A DNA stretch of 64,000 nt from Naegleria gruberi (lineage: Eukaryota). The notes beneath the pieces are model-generated. The model worked only from the letters and a program-made list of their open reading frames with translations, did no database searches and was not told where the DNA came from. The stretch lies in NCBI GenBank assembly GCA_000004985.1, contig GG738887.1. One strand, given 5' to 3'. Below, piece after piece: positions 32,055-44,579 of the stretch (the stretch's first letter is position 1; the number at the start of each line of letters is the position of its first letter). The position numbers were made by a program, and so were the translations under genes.

Positions 32055-33080
32055 TTATTTGAAAAATGATAATTGATGATTGACTTGATCACAAACGATA
32101 AGTTCACCACTCTTTCTGTTAAGGCAACATCCCTGTGGATATTGCAATTTTTTGTTTGTGCATTTGGCATTCAAGTTGGAAATTAGTGTGAAATTTTGGT
32201 CAATTGAAAGGACGAAGATTTCACAACTAAAATGTTCAATGATAAAGAGCTGATTACTTGATTCATCAATTTCTAATCCTCTAAACTTGTTTCTTGGTTG
32301 ATTAAATGGATGAGGTAGTAATTGACAGGAGCTGTCGTCAATCAAGAATAATCTGCCACATCTACAATCATTAACTATCATTCTTTCACTGTTCGGGAGC
32401 ATCAATGCATAACACGGTTCAATTAATAACCCATTATTAAACGTTGGCGTTTTGGGTCCAAAGTTAATTTCCTTAAATGGCTCTCCGTTTATGGAATGCA
32501 CAAATAAAATTCTATATTTGGAAGGATCACAAAGAATAATTACATTCTCATCTCTGCTCTTTCCATATTTAAGACTCATCCCAATCTGGCATCCAAAATG
32601 ATCCCAATCATCATCTCCAAATTCATTAGCAGTTCCAGAAATCCAAATTAATTTCAATCTTGAATTGAGAATTTCCAATAAATCCAATTTGTAAACACAA
32701 TAATCATCACAGGAAACAAGAATTGCATCTTGTGATCTTCCACATCCATTCCTTTCCACTAGAACGTTTTCAACCATTTTTGGAAATATTGCACTTGTTA
32801 AATATTTCAAATTTTGGAGGGAAAAAATCTGAACTCTATGGTTCATGCTATCTGAAACTAGAATGCAATTATGATTGTAGGATATATCAACATTGTTTGG
32901 ACAATCGAATTGAGTTTCTTCTCCTCCACAAACTTGATATTCGCCTAATTCTCTTATCAACTGAAAATTTAATGAAAATGGAATTGTGTCGTCTTGTTGG
33001 TTTTGAAACTTTTTCTTAAGCAAAGGGCTTGAAAAGTTGCAATCGAGAGCAACGACAACAGACTGATCATGTTGATTCAT
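32055..33080 (-). CDS. NHL-repeat beta-propeller protein (about 341 aa), paralog of 13677..14882
   Basis: DSMNHRVQIFSL and CDQVNHQLSFFK are NHL blades, and the C-terminus mirrors DENNHSIKIFK of the other paralog. ATG at 33080 (aaaaATGAATCAACAT); the track start is a TTG. Confidence 0.6.
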   Translation of the reverse strand: MNQHDQSVVVALDCNFSSPLLKKKFQNQQDDTIPFSLNFQLIRELGEYQVCGGEETQFDCPNNVDISYNHNCILVSDSMNHRVQIFSLQNLKYLTSAIFPKMVENVLVERNGCGRSQDAILVSCDDYCVYKLDLLEILNSRLKLIWISGTANEFGDDDWDHFGCQIGMSLKYGKSRDENVIILCDPSKYRILFVHSINGEPFKEINFGPKTPTFNNGLLIEPCYALMLPNSERMIVNDCRCGRLFLIDDSSCQLLPHPFNQPRNKFRGLEIDESSNQLFIIEHFSCEIFVLSIDQNFTLISNLNAKCTNKKLQYPQGCCLNRKSGELIVCDQVNHQLSFFK

Positions 33081-33371
33081 TTTTAATTCTTTCAAATTGT
33101 TTCGAATAGTTGAATTTGAAACTTCTTATATTTGGAATTTGAAGGTTACCTTCAATTTGAACATTTTTGAGTTTGAATTCAAAGCAGTAACACCCAATAC
33201 AACAGTTTACAACCAATCTACAACATGTTAGAATTTCTTCATTTCAACCCATCTTCGGATGCACTTTTCGACATTTTTCCTTATCCTCACCAAGATTTTT
33301 AAACTAATCTCTGTGAAACATTTAAAACAGATGAGCCCAGCACCAAATCCTCTTCAAATCAAATCAAAAAA

Positions 33372-34322
33372 ATGTCTTCAGTTATCGTTCTTGGAGCTAA
33401 TGGTTATATTGGCATTGGTGTTTCCCAATCTTTACAGAGAAATGGTTTTTCAGTGTATGGCACTGTTCGATCAGAAAAACATGAGAAATTCCTGTTGGCG
33501 AATGAAATTACTCCACTCGTCATTCCAAAAGTTACATCCTTGTTTAGTGATGAGAAATTTGGCAAGATTTTGGAAAGGACAAGTGCAATTATTGATTGTA
33601 TTGGGCTGACTGATGAAACTGACAAGATTGTGCAATTGGTGAAGGAACATTCTGCTGACAGATTGAAAAGGAAACTTTCCAAGTTGGTTTTCGTATTTAC
33701 TAGTGGAATTATGACTTATGGAAAGGCCTCTGCTGAACTATTCCTGGATGAGAATGTGAGACCAGAGCCAACTCATGCATGGGTTGAGAAGAGAAGAGAT
33801 GTTGAATATGAATTATTGAATGGAGAGTTTACCCATTTGGATACTGTTGTAATTCGTCCTGGTTTCGTATATGGTAAGAGTGGTGGTGAAATTTTCAAAG
33901 ATTTTTTCAATCCAAAAATTACTTCAGATGGTAAATTGACAATTATTGGATCTCCTAAAAAGAGATGGAGTTGGGTTCATGTAGATGATTTAGGAGAAGC
34001 CTATACTAAGGTTCTAACAGTTGGACGAAACTTAGTTTCTGGTCAATTGTTCAACATTGCAAATCCAAATGATTATCCAACCTATGATCGTGTCAGAATT
34101 GAAATTGCCAAACAAACTGGATGGCAACCAAACTCTGAGAATGAAACTGATTCACTTCTTATTGAGCCAGTTCCACAAGAAAATGCTGGATTGGTTGTTT
34201 GGGAGAATACAGTGATGATTAATCCGAGAAAGGCCATTGAAGTATTGGGTTGGAATCCAAAACATTTGAATTTTATTGAAAAGATTCATGTTTATTATCA
34301 ATCATGGAAGAATTCTCAATAA
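33372..34322 (+). CDS. NAD(P)-binding Rossmann-fold protein, NmrA-like / atypical short-chain reductase (316 aa)
   Basis: The N-terminal dinucleotide-binding motif is VIVLGANGYIGIGV. Size and spacing are typical of the NmrA/epimerase family. The start is aaaaaaATG. Confidence 0.6.
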   Translation: MSSVIVLGANGYIGIGVSQSLQRNGFSVYGTVRSEKHEKFLLANEITPLVIPKVTSLFSDEKFGKILERTSAIIDCIGLTDETDKIVQLVKEHSADRLKRKLSKLVFVFTSGIMTYGKASAELFLDENVRPEPTHAWVEKRRDVEYELLNGEFTHLDTVVIRPGFVYGKSGGEIFKDFFNPKITSDGKLTIIGSPKKRWSWVHVDDLGEAYTKVLTVGRNLVSGQLFNIANPNDYPTYDRVRIEIAKQTGWQPNSENETDSLLIEPVPQENAGLVVWENTVMINPRKAIEVLGWNPKHLNFIEKIHVYYQSWKNSQ

Positions 34323-34678
34323 AATTGATTCAATTTTTGTGATTATTTGAAGTAACGGTAAATTTGGAGGGAAATTAAAAAAATTGAAAAACAATTAATT
34401 CGCATCACCAACATCACGTGTTATAATATTAATATTATTGGAAGATATTAATTTCTATCATGCTTCTAACATGGAACACACTGTGTTCGGAATGACAATT
34501 TGACGTCGACTGAAAGGAAGATATGCAAGAAGAATAATTTTCTTCTATTTGAAATGGTCGGTGCTGCTAACGGAGGCTAAGTCGAACAACACAACTCTCA
34601 ATTAGAAGTAGAAAGTAATGAGTAATATTTGTACATTCTTTCGAAACATATATACTCAGTAGAAACAAAAGAAAACAA

Positions 34679-37600
34679 ATGAATATGAGGATTCTTCTCT
34701 TCCTTCTCTTATTGGCACTTCTCTCCCCAAGTATTTCCTCCACCTCATCATCATCATCATCATCAACACTCCTTAATCGCATGTGTAGTAGTGATGATAG
34801 AGCTCCCTCTTTCAATCAGAGAGATTTGTGTTCAGCATCAAATAATTCAATGATTACTCCCTCCTGGTGCACTCGTCATAATCCATTCTCTTCGGTTCCT
34901 TATTTATTTAGTGATAATAACTTTCCGAGTTGGTTAAATGTTGAGGATGGAGCCATTTGTAATACGGCCAATCCCTACGTGTTCAGTTTTATTAATGGAA
35001 CAATTAGATATTCTGCTCCGTATGCTCTCGATGGAAATGCACAAGTATTGCCATCATCATCTTCATCTTCATTGAGTTATTCTGCAATGATTTCACCAAG
35101 AGACAAGTGTAGATTTATATCAAAGATTAATACGATTGAGTTTAGTGGTGAATTTGGATTCAATAGTAGTACTACGATTGAAGCTAAGAGATATCTGGTT
35201 TTGGGATTAGTTTCTGGACAAATTATTCTAATGAATTTCAATAAGGATGATGAGATTTACTTGTTGGGAAATACTGAAGATAAGACAAATATTAGAACAT
35301 TGGAAACTTTGACAAATGGTACTGATTTATATGTTTCGACTGTTTCATTTGGTAATTCAGTTTCTCTATTTTATGGAAATTCTTCAAATATTGCTTCTAT
35401 TCAACGTTGTGGAAACATTTTACAATTTGAATCGAGAAATCAATTTCCACCAGATGTCAAATTAATTACTCACGATGGAAAAATATACGCCTCTCTCATT
35501 GTTTACAATAGTACCGAAATGTGCTATTTCATTTACTTTTATCAACTAGATGGTTGCTCATTCACAAAACAATTCCAGTACAAGGTTAAGGAAAAGTGGG
35601 AATCTAATCTGAAATTCAAAATTTCCACTCAAGTTGGTGGATTTGACAATGTTCTCACCACTAACAATTTTGTATATTCGAGAACTATACTCCAATTCTC
35701 CACAAGAAAACATGTGAAAATCATTGAAATGACCACACAAGATATTGAAATGGATCTGAGTACCAATGACAATTCCACATTTTATGTTGCCACTGATGAG
35801 GAAGAAATTACAGCATCTACCATAGCATATGAATACATTAGAAGGATTGACTTTACAAAATCCTCATGCGCCAAAATTTATGCCAACCCAGCTCAAGGTG
35901 CAAACTTGATTCTTTCACTCAAGAGGAGAAATAGCAATTATTTGAAAGCAAGAAATTTATTAGAGTTTGGAAATTATCCATTCTATAGATATTCGAATAG
36001 AACTTATAATAATCCTGTTGGAAGAACAGTTGAGTGCAATGTTGCTGATGGTACATTTTATGATGCTTTAACACAGAGTTGTACTCATGCTTTTGAGGTA
36101 GAGAATGTGATTGGAGACATTTCTATTGGAGAAGAAATTCAAGAGCTTTCGAGTAGATTCCATGATGCTCCACTCAATTATTCACAATACTTTGAAGTTG
36201 ATTTGACTGAAAAACTTGACACCAAAGATATTTGTAATAATATTGCTCAATTTCCAGCACTTGCTTCCTTATGTGAAGAAAATTTAAATCAAACAGAGTG
36301 TGCATTTGATGCATTTACCATGTTTGGAAACAAGTTCCTTCCTAAAATATTAGCAGATTTTTGGGTAAATCAAATTTACATTTCTAAAACTGGAAAGGAG
36401 GTTTTGGTTTATGGTTTACAACAAGAAATGTGTTCACTCAATGGTCTTTATATGGACAATTATAATACGATTAGTTTAATGGGAGAATCTACATATATGG
36501 ATATCACAAGGAATGCTCAACACATGTTTGTAACAGTGTCCAGAGAACGATGGGAGTTACAATCCCTTACCAGATTTTACAATATTTGTAAACAATTAGA
36601 AGTAGATCCAGAAGATCCATTTTTGAAACCATTTGCTGAGCAATGTAAGGCAAATACACCTTCTCCAGTCACTCTTAATCAATTTGGACAATACACCTCA
36701 AGTTGTTTCAGTGGAATGAGTTGCCCATCTCTAAAACATGTGGAAATTGATATTATACCTGAAGGATTTTACACAACCAGACCAAATGTTGTCAAAGAAT
36801 GTGAGGAAAAATACTTTTGCTTACAGGGTGTGAGACAGCCATGTCCAATTGGATTTTATTGCCCAAACAAGGGAATGACTAAACCATTGCCATGTAAATT
36901 CTCCACTTCACATAATTTACACAAACGAGGTCTTTCATGGGAGGAACCAAAGGGATCAGATACTTGCTACTCACAAGCCAACAGTTTACCTCAACCTTGT
37001 TTGAATGGTACTCTATGTATTACACCTTATTTTCCACCTATTCCTATTTCTCCTGGTCTTTATTTGGAAGGAAACAAGATTAAAGAATGTCAATTGGGAG
37101 ATTATTGTAATTTGGGAAGATATATAGGTGAAAATCAAAATAGCTCAATATTGGCATGTCCTGAAAACACCTATTGTGAAGAACCCTCTACAATGGAACC
37201 TTCATTGTGTATTCCAGATGAAAAGTTATCATTATATTGCCCACCTGGAACTACATTCAGAAGACCATGTAATAAGGGATTCTATTGCCCAAAGCCAAGT
37301 GTTGAAGTTCCTTGTAAATTGACTCAATATTGTGAGGAGGGATCCTATATTCCTGAAACATGTCCAGCTGGTTATTACTGTCCATCACCATCTGAGAAGT
37401 TGATTTGTCCAAAGGGATTTTATTGTGTTGTTGGCAGTGTTTATCCTACCAATTGTCCGACATTTAGTATTTGTCCAGAGGGAACTAAGGCCTATGAAGA
37501 TTATGCTCTTGGTGTCTTGATTGACATTTTAATTATCATGGGAGTAATTTTGACATTTAAAATTTATTCGTGGACTTCTAATTGTTATATTCGATATAAG

Positions 37601-39731
37601 GCAAAGAAACTCAAAAACCAACAAGATTTGGAATTACTAACCATAGATGAAAATGATGCTGAATATATTGTTGTGGAACAGAAAACTCAAAAATTGACAC
37701 TTTCACAATGTATGCAAGGACTTTACAAGGACATTGGAGTGGAAATTTCATTTGAGGATTTGTCAGTTGACTTGAAAACAAGTAACAGAAGAATTTTGCA
37801 TAATCTTAATGGTAAATTTGGCGCTGGTAGATTGACCTGTATTATGGGTCCCAGTGGAAGTGGTAAGACCACCCTATTATCAGCCATTAGTGGTAAAGCA
37901 TCCTATGCCAACATTTCAGGTTCTATCAGAATTAACGGAGAAATATCATCCATGAAGAAATTCAAAAATATTTGTGCATTTGTACAACAAGAAGATTGCA
38001 TGCACAGAGAGTTGACTGTGGAAGAGTGTATTTATTTCAGTGCTAGAACAAGATTGGCCTCTCAAGTGAGCCAGAAAACTGTGGAATCCATAGTGAATGG
38101 AGTGATTCAAATATTGGACTTGGAAAATGTGAGACATTCTGTAATTGGAGATGAGAATAAGAGAGGAATATCTGGTGGTCAGAGAAAGAGGGTCAGTATT
38201 GCTATGGAGCTAGTAGCTTGTCCTTATGTTTTATTTTGTAAGTTTTAACATTTTCGAAAATGAAAGACTTATTAATTTTTCAAATATAGTGGACGAACCT
38301 ACATCTAGTCTCGATGCATACAGTAGCTTTGAAGTGTCTAAGGCAATGAAAGATATTGCCTCGAGTGGAATTACAGTTGTTGCAGTTTTGCATCAGCCAA
38401 GATTTGAAATTTTTGAAATGTTTGACGATGTGGTCTTGCTTGGAAATGGAGGTAGGATTGTGTATATGGGACCTTCCTCTGATGCTTTGCCTTACTTTGA
38501 GGAGAAACTCAATTTGGAGCCACCACCAAGAGTGAATCCGAGTGATTTCTTTTTGGATGCAATTTATGATCCTAAATTGGCATATGAATCACAGAAAAAG
38601 ATTAACGGAAAACAAGTTCAACAATATACATGCAAGGAAATGTTTGATGTTTGGGAAAATAATTATAAGAAACTTGACGAATTTAATGGAACCGATTTTT
38701 CCAAATTAGTGATGGAAGAGAAGGCAAAATCTCAGAATCCTCTCATTCATTTCTACATGAACATTAATAGATCATTCCTATTGAAGATTAGAAACATTTT
38801 TGGATTTTTCATGGATTGCCTATTGGTATACGTTGCTGGACTAGCTCTTGGATTGACTTTCCTCAAAGATGCCTATGTTGGACCTCTTCCTGAAGACATG
38901 ATTGACTCGTGTCCAGCAGCCATGAGAAAAATCTGTGAATATCCACTCAACAATCCAATCATCAACATGGCAAGTACCATTCCACTTGCTTTAGGATTGT
39001 GTGCAGGTATGTCCTCACTGACAACATTCGGTTCCAGACAAGAACAATTAATTTTCAAAAAGGAAAGAGAATCTGGACTCTCAGTTCTTGCCTATTTCAG
39101 TTCTAAAATGTTGGAACAATTGCCAAACATTCTTCTTGGACCAATTGTCTTTCTTTCCATTTTCTTTTCACTCTACTCTCCAAGAGCAACATTTGGAGAA
39201 TATTATTTGGTTCTCTTTTTAATGCATTTCACAACATTTGGATTGGGAAGTTTGGTGAGTGTTGTTGTACCTTTGGATTTGATTCAATTGGCAACTGCAG
39301 TTTCAATTCTAGTTTCTCAATTGGTTAGTGGTTCTAAACCAACTCTTCCACAAATGAAAAAGATTATTCCACCTCTGTTTTGGATTAGTTGCATTTCGTA
39401 TATTCGATATGCCCAGGAAGCACTTTACCTCATTGAAATCAAATATTATAAGGACATTTTTGACATTAGTTCATCATTGGAAATGTTTGATTATCATTTA
39501 GAGGATTTGGATTATTGTATCTTTATGATTCCAGTCTTTGGAATTGTTTTCAGATTATTAACATTGATAGTTTTGTATCAGAAGAGCGACGATTCATTGT
39601 GGAATACTTGTTTAATGTTTATTTCTTATTATTCGAATTTTGATCATTTTAAAACTGGCATGGTTTCAATGTGGAGAAGAATACAAATGGTAATGATATG
39701 GAAAGGTCATGAAAAAGAAGGATTATTGTAA
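34679..39731 (+). CDS. ABCG-type half transporter fused to a ~930-aa N-terminal cysteine-rich ectodomain (about 1666 aa); join(34679..38237,38290..39731)
   Basis: It has a signal peptide (MNMRILLFLLLLALLSPSISS), a large domain with repeated C-P-x-G-(F/Y)-Y-C units (CPIGFYCPNKG, CPPGTTFRRPCNKGFYCPKPS, CPAGYYCPSPSEKLICPKGFYCVVG), a TM helix (LGVLIDILIIMGVILTF), Walker A GPSGSGKTTLL and the ABC signature ISGGQRKRVSIA. A GTAAGT donor at 38238 and atatag acceptor restore the Walker B (VLF|LDEPTSSLD). A 6-TM ABC2-type membrane domain follows. Confidence 0.75.
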
Positions 39732-39954
39732 AAGTAAAGGTTTCGAATATTTTTTTCACAATATCTTTATATTGTAATCAAATGCAATCATTCAAAAACG
39801 GAAATTTTGCTCTACAGGAGATTTGAAATGGGAAATTTCAATATTTATCTTTGAATTGAGTGAAAAATTGGTGACCGAGGTCAATACATAAATTGAACCC
39901 ACCCTCAATTAATATCCGAAAGTGCAATTTCAAACAACATTTCACTGAAAAAAA

Positions 39955-41070
39955 ATGAAGATATTCATTCTGCTACTAGTGCTGACAACAGTTGTCATTC
40001 ATGGCCAAACAACATCGGTTCATGATTGGGAGAAGAAACAAAATATGCTCACCAAGAGAAGTGACCTTTCGGCTCAAACTATTGGAAACTTGATTTATTT
40101 GACTGGTGGATGTACTTCTAATCAACCAATAGCAAAAGATGCCACTTGTCCATCAATCACCAATTCAATGGAAATTTACAATCCACAAACTAATTCATTT
40201 ACTTTTGGAAAAGCAATGCCTAGGCCAAGATATAGACACACTACTGTTGCTATTCAAAATAGATATTTATTTGTGATTGGTGGAAGAGATTTGAATGAGA
40301 ATATTATTACCCAAGTGGATGTATTCGATACTGTTAATGGAAACTGGACGATACATAATGCTACGTTGACTTCTGACTGTTGTTCTGACTCTATTGCTTT
40401 CGTATTGAAGGATAGCAATGGAAATGAGAATATTTACTTACCTGGTGGATATTACGCCAATTACACAACCTCAGGAAAAGTTTTACAGTTGACTACCAAA
40501 AATGGAGTTTATTCTGGAACATTCCAATCAGGTTTAGTTTCAGATATGAATGTCAAAAGAGGTGATTCCATGACATTAACCTATAATAATAAGGCCTATG
40601 TAATTGGTGGATTTTTGGAAGATAATTTTTGTAAACCAATTACAACTGTGGAAGTATACGATTCCTCAACTAATAAGTGGACAATTACATCACCACTTTC
40701 ACATGAGAGAGCTGATGGTGCTGCTATCATGGTTGGTTCTGCATTATTTGTTTTGGGAGGAGAATCTAAGGATAAATCATGTAATGTTTCATTACCTGTC
40801 AGTGATGTTGAGAAATTTGACACTGCTAGCGGGAAATGGAGTGATTTTGTGGCTCTTCCAACAGCTCGTTTTAGACAAACTGGTGAAATTGTCAACAATG
40901 TCATGTATGTGTTTGGTGGACAAATTGAAATTGAGATAGCTCAGCAATATTCAGTTTTGGATTGGACCTATGCTTACAATTTCACAGATTTTGTAAAGAT
41001 TTCTGCAGCCAACTCGCAAATAATTTCATGGATATTTGTTTTCTCATTACTTTTCATTCTAGTAGTATAA
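39955..41070 (+). CDS. Secreted Kelch-repeat beta-propeller protein with a C-terminal hydrophobic (GPI-anchor-like) tail (371 aa)
   Basis: It has a signal peptide, Kelch-type blades (YLTGGC, RYLFVIGGRD, AYVIGGF, LFVLGGES, MYVFGGQ) and a C-terminal IISWIFVFSLLFILVV. Confidence 0.6.
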   Translation: MKIFILLLVLTTVVIHGQTTSVHDWEKKQNMLTKRSDLSAQTIGNLIYLTGGCTSNQPIAKDATCPSITNSMEIYNPQTNSFTFGKAMPRPRYRHTTVAIQNRYLFVIGGRDLNENIITQVDVFDTVNGNWTIHNATLTSDCCSDSIAFVLKDSNGNENIYLPGGYYANYTTSGKVLQLTTKNGVYSGTFQSGLVSDMNVKRGDSMTLTYNNKAYVIGGFLEDNFCKPITTVEVYDSSTNKWTITSPLSHERADGAAIMVGSALFVLGGESKDKSCNVSLPVSDVEKFDTASGKWSDFVALPTARFRQTGEIVNNVMYVFGGQIEIEIAQQYSVLDWTYAYNFTDFVKISAANSQIISWIFVFSLLFILVV

Positions 41071-41313
41071 ATTGTTTTTGAAATTTTTAATTGAAAATCC
41101 CAAATATTACAATTCTTCTGATTCTCATTTAAATTCATTCGTATCTTATTCAATTTTCAGAATGTCAAAGGAGTTTTTGAAAATTTACTCAATTTCCAAA
41201 AACAACTTCCTTACTCTTTTTCATTGCATGGAGTTTCAGGAGATTAAACTCCAATCTCCCGCCAAAAACTTAAAGTTCGAGAAAAAACAAATTGAAAAAA
41301 ACCACAAAAAAAA

Positions 41314-43317
41314 ATGAAGAGATCAACAATTCTCTCCGCGCTCATCATGATGCTGCTGAGTTTTGCAGTCGTGATGGTTTGTGCCGGAACATTAAATAAT
41401 TTGGCTGATGAATTATTAAAGAATGGAAATTATGTTAGAATGGAAAGCGAGAGAGTCAATAGTAGAGCATCTAAAAGTATTGTACCAAAGGGATGGAGAG
41501 TAGTTGAAGGAAAATTTGAAGATCAACATGTTCATCTTACATTTGCATTGAAGAATCAAAATATTGAAAAGTTGAAAGATTTATTGTTGAAGATTTCTGA
41601 TCCAAAGCATCCACAACATGAAAATTATCTTACCACTGAACAAGTTGCTAGAATGACTACTCCTACTGATGAACACAAGAGTATTGTTTTGAATTATATC
41701 AAGTCTATTCCAGGAGCTCTCCTTGTCAAGGTTTCCAAGCATGAAAACTTTGTTTCTGCATTGATGCCACTCTCTTCTGTCAACAAGTACTTTAAAGCTG
41801 ACATGAAAAAGTTCACTCATGAAATTACTGGAGCTGTTGCTTTTAGATCCGAACAAGGATATGCATTGCCACAAAAGTTGGCTGAAGCTGTTAATTTGGT
41901 TTCTGGTGTTTATGGTTTCCCAACTATGAATGCCAAGTTTGATAAAAAGCTTGAATCTAAGAGTAGTCAAAGAGTCACTCCACAATTCATTTGGGCTAGA
42001 TACAATGTCACCTTCCCAAGCACTGTTAGTCCAAAGTCAACTCAAGCTGTTGCTTCATTCCTCCAACAATACTATTCCAATGCTGATTTGCAACTCTTCC
42101 AAAATACTTTCAAGCTTGAAAGACAAACTCCAAAGGTTATTGGACCAAATGATGAATCCAATCCTGGTGTTGAAGCTTCTTTGGATATTCAATATTTGTA
42201 AGTTTTTTCAACACGGTTATTTACCAACATTTCATTGTTTCAATTAATTAATTGGAAATAATTGTGGAATAATTTGGACTTGTTGGATAAAATTTTAAAA
42301 TAATACAGGATGGGTGTTGGTCAAAAGATTAATACTACCTTTGTTTCCACTGAAGGTGTCAATCCAATTACTCACCAAGAAAGATTTGTTCATTGGGTTA
42401 TTGGTCAACAAGAATTAGGAGATTCTTCTGCTTGGGTTCACTCTGTTTCATATGGTGATATCGAATATCAAGCTACCGTTGCTTTGGCTGATCAATTAGA
42501 TGCTGAATTCATCAAATTTGGTGCTACTGGTAGAACTGTTTTAATTGCTTCTGGTGATGATGGTGCTAGATGTAATGATAATGGAAATGCCTTTGAACCT
42601 GAATGGCCAACCTCTTCCCCATGGATTACCTCAGTTGGTGCCACTGAACCATCTGATTCTGATTATGAAACCACAACTAGCTGGTCTGGAGGTGGCTACA
42701 GTAATTATTATGATCGTCCAAAGTATCAAGATGAAGCTGTCAAGGCCTACCTTGCCTCAAATGCTGCTCCTCCAACTTCATACTTTAATGTTTCTGGTAG
42801 AGCTTATCCTGATGTTGCTGCATGTATGTATTTTATATTTCTAATCTATATCAATATCATCATACCAATAATTATTTTTCAATTATTTTCAATTAATTAT
42901 AGTTGGTGTTAGTAAGTAGTATTAATAATTATTCAATTTTATTAACTTGTTATCAGACTATCAAGTTTATGTTAATGGAATGATTCAAAATGTTGCTGGT
43001 ACCTGTAAGTAGTTAACATTTCACTTCTTTCAATAATCAACATTTCAATAGCTGCCTCAACACCTTGTTTCGCTGGTATTGTTTCCTTGATGAATGATGC
43101 TCGTTTCAGAGCTAACAAGAAACCACTCGGTTTCCTCAATATTTGGCTCTATCAACATGCTGGCAAGACTTCTGGTGCTTTCTATGATATTGTTAAGGGT
43201 AACAATGCTCACGGTGCTTGTCAATATGGTTTCTCTGCTACTAATGGATGGGATCCAATCTCAGGTTGGGGTGTTCCAAATTATAAGATTTTGCAACACT
43301 TGGCTCTCCTTAAATAA
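41314..43317 (+). CDS. Sedolisin (S53, tripeptidyl-peptidase-like serine-carboxyl protease), 570 aa, 4 exons; join(41314..42197,42309..42823,42957..43004,43052..43317)
   Basis: A signal peptide and S53 pro-domain are followed by ...EASLDIQYL|MGVGQ... A GTAAGT donor at 42198 pairs with acceptor tacag at 42304-42308. A GTATGT donor at 42824 pairs with acceptor tatcag at 42951-42956. A GTAAGT donor at 43005 pairs with acceptor caatag at 43046-43051. The spliced product reads YPDVAAYYQVYVNGMIQNVAGTSASTPCFAGIVSLMNDARF, containing the sedolisin catalytic-Ser motif GTSAS.P. Confidence 0.8.
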
Positions 43318-43484
43318 ATTGGAAACTTGTCGAGTGTTACATAATTGAAATAATTTAACATTTTACAAAAATCTTCCATTCCAGTTCTGTATTGTTCTGG
43401 ATGAGCACATGGTGGTGAACCTTGATTTTGGTGACCTCTAATTGAATGAGAAGATATTCAGTATCATGCAAATTCATCAAAAAA

Positions 43485-44579
43485 ATGTCCACAAACAATC
43501 CATCATTGGAAACCATTAATTCTAACAATTTATTCTTTCAAGAATTTCTGCAGAAAATGGAGGAAGGAAATAATTTACAACGTAAATTATTGGCAACACA
43601 ACAGGAAATTCTCTGTGCTGTTAAAGAGAATAACGATTTGCAAGTACAAGTATTGGAAAGGTTATCTAAAAGTAAAAAGGAAAAACGAAAGGTTTCATCC
43701 GATTTAACAATAATGAATGCTGATGATCAATTTGATGATTCAGTATCAACCAACTCTAATTCTACCACTATTTCTCATAGTACAACAACTGAAAGAGAAC
43801 GAAAAAAGAGTAAGAAAAATGTTCAATGTTCAGAGGACGAAATATGCATTATTTATGAAGGAAGTTCGAATCATTCACTAATTATTCGAAAGGAATTATT
43901 GAAAGGACCTGTTTTGAGAGCTGCAATTTCTGGTAATTTCTTGGAGGAAAGTAATTTCATTCTGCCAAGTGATTCGATCAAACTTTCGAATATTCCCAAA
44001 GCAATGAAACAATTGAAGAAATTCTTTCATGATGAAAAACTAGACAAGTGCAATGAAGAAACAAAAAAGGATTTGCAGAATTTGGCTGATTTTCTTGTCC
44101 TCCCAGAACTCAAACTTGAATTACTGAAATATCAAATTTGTGATATTCCAATTCTTAAAACAAACAAAAAGAAAGGTGAACACAAGAATTATTCACAAGT
44201 TTTGGAAAAGATTGAAGAAATTTCAACTCAACTTCCTGGAATTTTAATTGATTTGGAGTCTGATGGCATGTTATCGGTATTGGAATCATTTCATGAATTT
44301 CTTAAAAGTGATGAAAAAAGAGCAGAAACTTTCGCAAGCGTTTGTGAAATAGTTTGGGACAAGAAGTACGCAAATAGAGGAATACTCTCGATCATATTGA
44401 AAGGATGTAAGTCATTGGATGCTTTGAAATATTATCTATTGGAAGAATGTGCAACTAATAAGGATCTTTACAATATTGATGAGGAAAAGGTTCAATTATT
44501 GAGCAAGTCCATTAGTGAGAAGTGGCAACATCTTTTACCTACTATTCACGAAAGTTTTTTGAAAGATTCATTCATCTAA
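43485..44579 (+). CDS. Hypothetical protein (about 364 aa), possibly BTB/Skp1-like in its central part
   Basis: ORF with the better start aaaaaaATG at 43485. ICIIYEGSSNHSLIIRKELLKGPVLRAAISGNF weakly resembles a BTB core. No confident family. Confidence 0.4.
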   Translation: MSTNNPSLETINSNNLFFQEFLQKMEEGNNLQRKLLATQQEILCAVKENNDLQVQVLERLSKSKKEKRKVSSDLTIMNADDQFDDSVSTNSNSTTISHSTTTERERKKSKKNVQCSEDEICIIYEGSSNHSLIIRKELLKGPVLRAAISGNFLEESNFILPSDSIKLSNIPKAMKQLKKFFHDEKLDKCNEETKKDLQNLADFLVLPELKLELLKYQICDIPILKTNKKKGEHKNYSQVLEKIEEISTQLPGILIDLESDGMLSVLESFHEFLKSDEKRAETFASVCEIVWDKKYANRGILSIILKGCKSLDALKYYLLEECATNKDLYNIDEEKVQLLSKSISEKWQHLLPTIHESFLKDSFI

